Part shown: piece by piece, positions 58,456 through 64,000 of the stretch
How the letters are laid out: each line of letters starts with the position of its first letter
Position numbering within the stretch: the stretch's first letter is position 1
Source: Octopus sinensis
Taxonomy: Eukaryota
Assembly: GCF_006345805.1 (NCBI RefSeq)
Contig: NC_043021.1
Span: forward strand, 6,200,001-6,264,000
Direction: 5' to 3'
DNA length: 64,000 bases
Made by a program: the position numbers and the translations under genes
Notes under the pieces: model-generated
Databases searched by the model: none
Seen by the model: only the letters and a program-made list of their open reading frames with translations
What the model was told of the DNA's origin: nothing

Positions 58456-60869
58456 AAGATAATTGCCAAAGTGATGAAAGTGTGTGTGTGGGGGAATAAT
58501 TGACAAAGAAATGCAGGGTTAATATGCTTGGTGAGCAGGATAAGTACTAACCTGTTGATATGTTAAGGTATCAAGTGAAACCCTACTTGGGATCATGAAT
58601 TAGGTAACAACCCATGCTAGCATGAAAAACAGACCTTAAACAATCATGATGATGATGGTGATGATTCATTTTTTGCCAGCTGATTTAAAATAATGTGAAT
58701 AAACATTATATTTGAGAGAGAAATCCGAATGCTAAAGAGATAAGAAAAGGTGGTTGGGTAATTTTTACAGGGGACGAATGTATACAGAGCATAGTGAATG
58801 TTGAACAAGGATGGGGAGGTCAGCATGAGTTGATGACTAGCAGCACAGAGATGGCAGTATGGCATATAATGAGGTTCTGCTTTGATTTCTTATACCAGTA
58901 GATAGGAGAGTGATGGAGGGATGAGTGCGTAGGGTGGTGGTGGGTGGGTGTGGAGTTGGAGGTTGCAAGTGGGGGAAAGTGAGAAACGGAGACCAACAAG
59001 AGTGGGAAGGAGGCATTGATGGTAAGGACGAGGAATGGATATCAATAAGAAGTAGCTTAGGAGAAGGGTGGGTCTAGTTGTCTGGGAAAGGTACTCAGTT
59101 GTGCGCTACGCTTTGGAAACAGTCATAATATGCTAGTAGAGCTGAGTGAGTCTTCTTGAGTACTGCATATCACCAATCATATCACCAGTCCTTTGTCATA
59201 TCTTCCATGAGTCTCAGTAACCTGAGCTCAGCCTGTACCCTCTCAGCCCATGTCTCTCTTTTCCATAGGTTCTATCTACTGTGAGTGTTCAGTAATTCTA
59301 TACACAACTGTTCTCATTCCTATGCATCATATGTCCAAACTAGTGCAGTTGTCTCTCTTGCACACTGCATCTGTACAGTGGTTGGTGTTAGGAAGGGCAT
59401 CCAGCCATAGAAACCAAGCCAAATCAGATTCAGCATGACACAGAATGTGACAAAGCAGGTCCTTCCAATTACAGGTACTACTCAGCGACCTGCTGTGCTT
59501 GAGGAGACCTATTGAGTCAAGTACATCAACATCAAAATAAAAATCAATGGAATTGTAGTTGTGATACTCGTGCCGGTGGCATGTAAAAAGCACCATCTGA
59601 ACGTGGCCGATGCCAGTGCCGCCTTGGCTGGCTTCCGTGCCGGTGGCATGTAAAAAGCACCAACTGATCGTGGCCATTGCCAGCCTCCTGGCCCCTGTGC
59701 CAGTGGCATGTAAAAAGCATCATCCGAACATGGCTGATGCCAGCGCCGCCTTGGGTGGCTTTTCTGAATCTAGTGCAGCTCTGGGCAAACCGTCCAACCC
59801 ATGCCAGCATAGAAAACAGACATTAAAGGATGATGATGATGTGCATTTGTTTTGTTTCTTATACATTTTGTCCATGCTAGCATGGGTTAAGTTAATATTG
59901 TATTAAGGCATTGTTTTACAGCTGGTTTTTCAAGTAAAGGCTATTTCATTCCACAGTTCTTTGAAGGAACAAAGCCAACATATGACCCATTGGAAGGGGG
60001 TCCATAGCTGAGGGTCCATTTTGAAGTGCAGATGTAAACAAACACACACAGTGTAGCTGCATAGTTAAGAAGCTCACTGCCGAACCATGTGGTTTTGGGA
60101 TCAGTCCTATTACCCTGCACTTTGGGCAAACGTCCTCTACACTGGCCCTGGCTCACCCAAAACTTTGTGAGTGGATTCGATAGATAGAAACTAAAAAAAG
60201 CTGGTTGTTGGCATATGTGTGTGAAAGCATGTGTCTTAGTGATAAGGGTATTTGGCACATGATCCTAAGGTGAGTTCGATACCAGGCGCTGCATTGTGTC
60301 CTTGAGCAAGACACTTTATTTCTCATTGCTCCAGTCTACTCAGCTGGTGGCAAAAATGAGTAGTACCTGTATTTCAAAAGGCCAGCCCTGTCACATTTTG
60401 TGTCACGCTGAATCTCCCTGAGAACTACATTAAAGGTACACATGTCTGTGGAGTGCTCAGCCACTTGCATGTTAATTTCATGAGCAGGTTGTTCTGTTGA
60501 TCAGGTCAATTGGAAGCCTTGTCATTGTAACTGACACAGTCCCAGTTATGCGTGTGTGTGTGTGTCCCTGTTCTTGTCTTGGCATTGCATAATAATTGTG
60601 AGTGTCATTTTCATAGAAGCAGTGTCATCATCATGGTCGTCATTTAACGTCTGTTTTCCATGCTACCATGAGTTGGATGGTTTGACAGAAGCTGGCCAGC
60701 TGAAGAGCTATTCATACTCCATGTCTGTTTTGGCATGGCTTCTGTAGCTGGATGCCCTTCTTAATGCCAACCACTTTGCAGAGTGTACTGGGTGCTTCTT
60801 ATATAGCACCAGCACTTACAATCCTGCAATATTAAGGATGCTCAAGTGGAGAGAGATGCAAGGACAGCC

Positions 60870-61352
60870 ATGATTTTACTTAACTTGACATTTCAAGCGA
60901 CTAGAATCCTTTGATCACTTCTGTCTACGCTGCATCCTTCGTGTACGATGGCATCACTTTGTCTCCAACAATTCGGTGCAACACCAGTGCAGAATCACCT
61001 CCCTCCGACAAGTCATCCTAACGAGACGTCTGCGTTGGCTGGGTCATGCCCTTCGTCGTCAACCAGGAGAATTCATCTATGAAGCAATTGCCCCAGCTCC
61101 CCTTCAGGGTTGGCGAAAGCGATGTAGTGGGCAACGAAAAACGTGGCTGATGACAGTCAAGGCTGATCTGGAACCCCAACATAGGCCCCCATATCTACGG
61201 CGTTCGCCGCTGGAATAAGGAGTGGTTGGAGATCACGCGGTCGTTAGCCTCAAATCGCCAGGCCTGGTCAGCGTTTGTGAGAGAGGCAGCATTGAGGATG
61301 AATGAAGCCAGCTCAACCCACCCCGGGTGAATGCTGTCAAGTCAAGTCAAGT
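60870..61352 (+). mobile_element. RTE (BovB-like) LINE 3' end
   Basis: FKRLESFDHFCLRCILRVRW...RRLRWLGHALRR...GWRKR..GQRKTW, with a (CAAGT)n tail. Confidence 0.85.
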
Positions 61353-61729
61353 CACAGCAAACTGCCAGGAGTCTTGGTCCCCTGTCATCCCATCTGTGAA
61401 TCCCAATCTTTGTAGATCCTTTCCCACCACTTTGATATTCTGTGGGAACATGCCTGGCCATGAGAAGATATTACCTCGCTTGGAAACTGATGAGGATTGA
61501 TGACAGAAAGAGTATATGGATGCTGAAGATTTGCTGCAGTAAATTCTATCAAATCGATGCAAGCATGGAAAAGTGGGTCTTAAAATGATAGTGTTGGTAT
61601 ATTCAATTGTTTCAGTTTTATGTTTCTTCATGTTTGGATGGGTTGGCCTGCCTAATGGAAAACTACCTTCAAGGTTTTTTAGTAGTGCAACCCACCTGAT
61701 AAAAAGCTTGCCCATGCCTCGGTTTTTGT

Positions 61730-63135
61730 TTTTTTTACTTGTTTCAGTCATTTGACTGCGGCCATGCTGGAGCACTGCCTCAAAGGGTTTTTTAAGTCGA
61801 AGAAATTGACCCCAGGACTTATTCTTTGCAAGCCTAGTACTCATTCTATCAGTCTCTTTTGCCGAACTACTAAGTTACGGGGACATAAACACACCAACAT
61901 CGGTTGTCAAGCAACGGTGGGGGGACAAACGACACACACACACACATATAAATATATACACATACATAGATACAATGGACTTCTTTCAGTTTCAGTCTAC
62001 CAAATCCACTCACAAGGCTTTGGTGAGGCAAGGCTATAGTAGAAGACACTTGTCCAAGGTGCCACACAGTGGGACTGAACCTGGAACTATGTGGTTATGA
62101 AGCAAGCTTCTTACCACACAGCCATTCTGCGCATTTAACTAATATAATATTGAGGCGCTTTACAGCTGTTTATAAAAAAAATAAATGAATAAAATGTTTT
62201 ATTTCTTACGCCTTGGAAGGCAGAAAGCAGATGAGCTGATGACAGGAAATGATTATGTCATTGCCCACAGCTGAACAAATACTCGTGTGCACACACACAG
62301 TGAGGTATATACTCTTTTACTCTCTTTTACTTGTTTCAGTCATTAGACTGCGGCCATGCTGGAGCACCGCCTTTAGTACTTATTCTATCGGTCTCTTTTG
62401 CCGAACCGCTAAGTGACGGGGACGTAAACACACCAGCATCGGTTGTCAAGCAAAGCTAGGGGAACAAACACAGACACACAAACACATATATATATATATA
62501 TACATATATACGACAGGCTTCTTTCAGTTTCCGTCTACCAAATCCACTCACAAGGCATTGGTCGGCCCGGGGCTATAGCAGAAGACACTTGCCCAAGATG
62601 CCATGCAGTGGGACTGAACCCGGAACCATGTGGTTGGTTAGCAAGCTACTTACCACACAGCCACTCCTCCGCCTATATATTTATATATCTTTTACTTTTT
62701 TACTTGTTTCAGTCATTGGACAGCGGCCATACTTGGGCACCACCTTGAAGGGTTTTTTTTAGTCAACCAAATCGAATCCAGTACTCTCTTTTACTTGTTT
62801 GAGTCATTTGACTGTGGCCATGCTGGAGCACCGCCTTTAGTCGAAGAAATCGACCCCAAGACTTATTCTTTGTAAGCCTAGTAACTATTCTATCGGTCTC
62901 TTTTGCCGAACTGCTAAGTTACGGGGATGTAAACACACCAGCATCACTTGTCAAGCGATGTGGGGGAGGACAAACACAGACACACAAACATATATATAAA
63001 TCCACTCACAAGGCTTTGGTCGACCCGAGACTATAGTAGAAGACACTTGCCCAAGGTGCCACGCAGTGGGACTGCACCCAGAACCATGTGGTTCGTAAGC
63101 AAGCTACTTACCACACAGCCACTCCTGCGCCTATG
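61730..63135 (-). mobile_element. Cluster of three same-orientation SINE A copies
   Basis: Copies at about 61730-62130, 62310-62690 and 62780-63135. Confidence 0.85.
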
Positions 63136-63481
63136 TACTTTTTTTTTTAAACTTGGTACTTCAAATCGCCAAGTCACGGGGACATAAACAAACTAACACA
63201 AGTTGTCAAGTGGTGGTGAGAGACAGACACAAAGATACACACATAGATATATAAATGTATATATATACGGCAGGCTTCTTTCAGTTTCTGTCTACCGAAT
63301 AGAGCTCAGGTCGATCTGGGGGTAGGGGTTATAATAGAAGACACTTTCTCAAGATGCCACGCAGTGGGACTGAACCCGGATCCATGCAGTTGGGAAGCAA
63401 ACCTTTTATCACACATCCAATTTCTATACACACACACACACACACACCGTTATATATGCATGCATACATATTCATACATAT

Positions 63482-63885
63482 GGCGCAGGAGTGGCTGTGT
63501 GGTAAGTAGCTTGCTAACCAACCACATGGTTCCGGGTTCAGTCCCCTGCGTGGCACCTTGGGCAAGTGTCTTCTGCTATAGCCTCGGGCCGACCAAAGCC
63601 TTGTGAGTGGATTTGGTAGACGGAAACTGAAAGAAGGCCGTCGTATATATGTATATATATATGCGTGTGTGTGGTTGTGTGTCTGTGTTTGTCCCCCTAG
63701 CATTGCTTGACAACCGATGCTGGTGTGTTTATGTCCCCGTTACTTAGCGGTTCGGCAAAAGAGACCGATAGAATAAGTACTGGGCTTACAAAAAAAGAAT
63801 AAGTGCCGGGGTCGAGTTGCTCGATTAAAAAAGGCGGTGCTCCAGCATGGCCGCAGTCAAAATGACTGAAACAAGTAAAAGAGTA
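63482..63885 (+). mobile_element. SINE family A
   Basis: Full-length copy. Confidence 0.9.
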
Positions 63886-64000
63886 TATACACACAATACA
63901 TATAAAACATTCCACGCACGCACTTTTTATGACCTGTAAAAAAAATCTTGGCTATCGATATAAGATTTGGCTCCAGCTGACTAAATACTAGGCTTTCTTC

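Noticed and set aside
51391-64000. ELP4 exon 2 (expected GG.AVGT.LLIEED-like)
   Set aside because: No matching exon with splice sites was found by eye. It probably lies beyond the window, although a very short exon could have been missed.

Overview
AT-rich, repeat-dense animal genomic DNA. The SINE and microsatellite landscape points to an octopod cephalopod; this is an inference, not database-checked. Three spliced genes were reconstructed by hand from GT-AG sites and reading-frame phase. (1) A complete neuferricin/CYB5D2 gene on + (4 exons, 6950-15528, 945 nt CDS, 314 aa). (2) A complete XRCC4 CDS on - (10 coding exons, 44116-25909, 948 nt, 315 aa, including a 28-nt microexon). (3) The first coding exon of ELP4 on + (51255-51390), head-to-head with XRCC4; its exon 2 was not found in the window. 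The remainder is mostly four recurring SINE-like families (labelled A-D here), LINE remnants (RTE, CR1/L2, Tx1/L1, R4/Dong-like), Penelope-type terminal fragments carrying minimal hammerhead ribozyme folds, mariner/Tc1 remnants, Helitron pieces, several MITE families (TTAA/piggyBac-type, TA/mariner-type, GG-ended with 8-bp TSD), palindromes and microsatellites. No CRISPR, rRNA or bona fide tRNA gene was seen. The best leads are the hammerhead ribozyme fold at 52877-52911, the XRCC4 microexon cassette carrying a candidate FHA-docking motif, nested inverted repeats around CYB5D2 exon 2, a 62-64-bp monomer array rich in TACGTG, and a SINE whose 3' tail matches a Tx1-type LINE. Repeat boundaries are approximate; exon boundaries were counted by hand.
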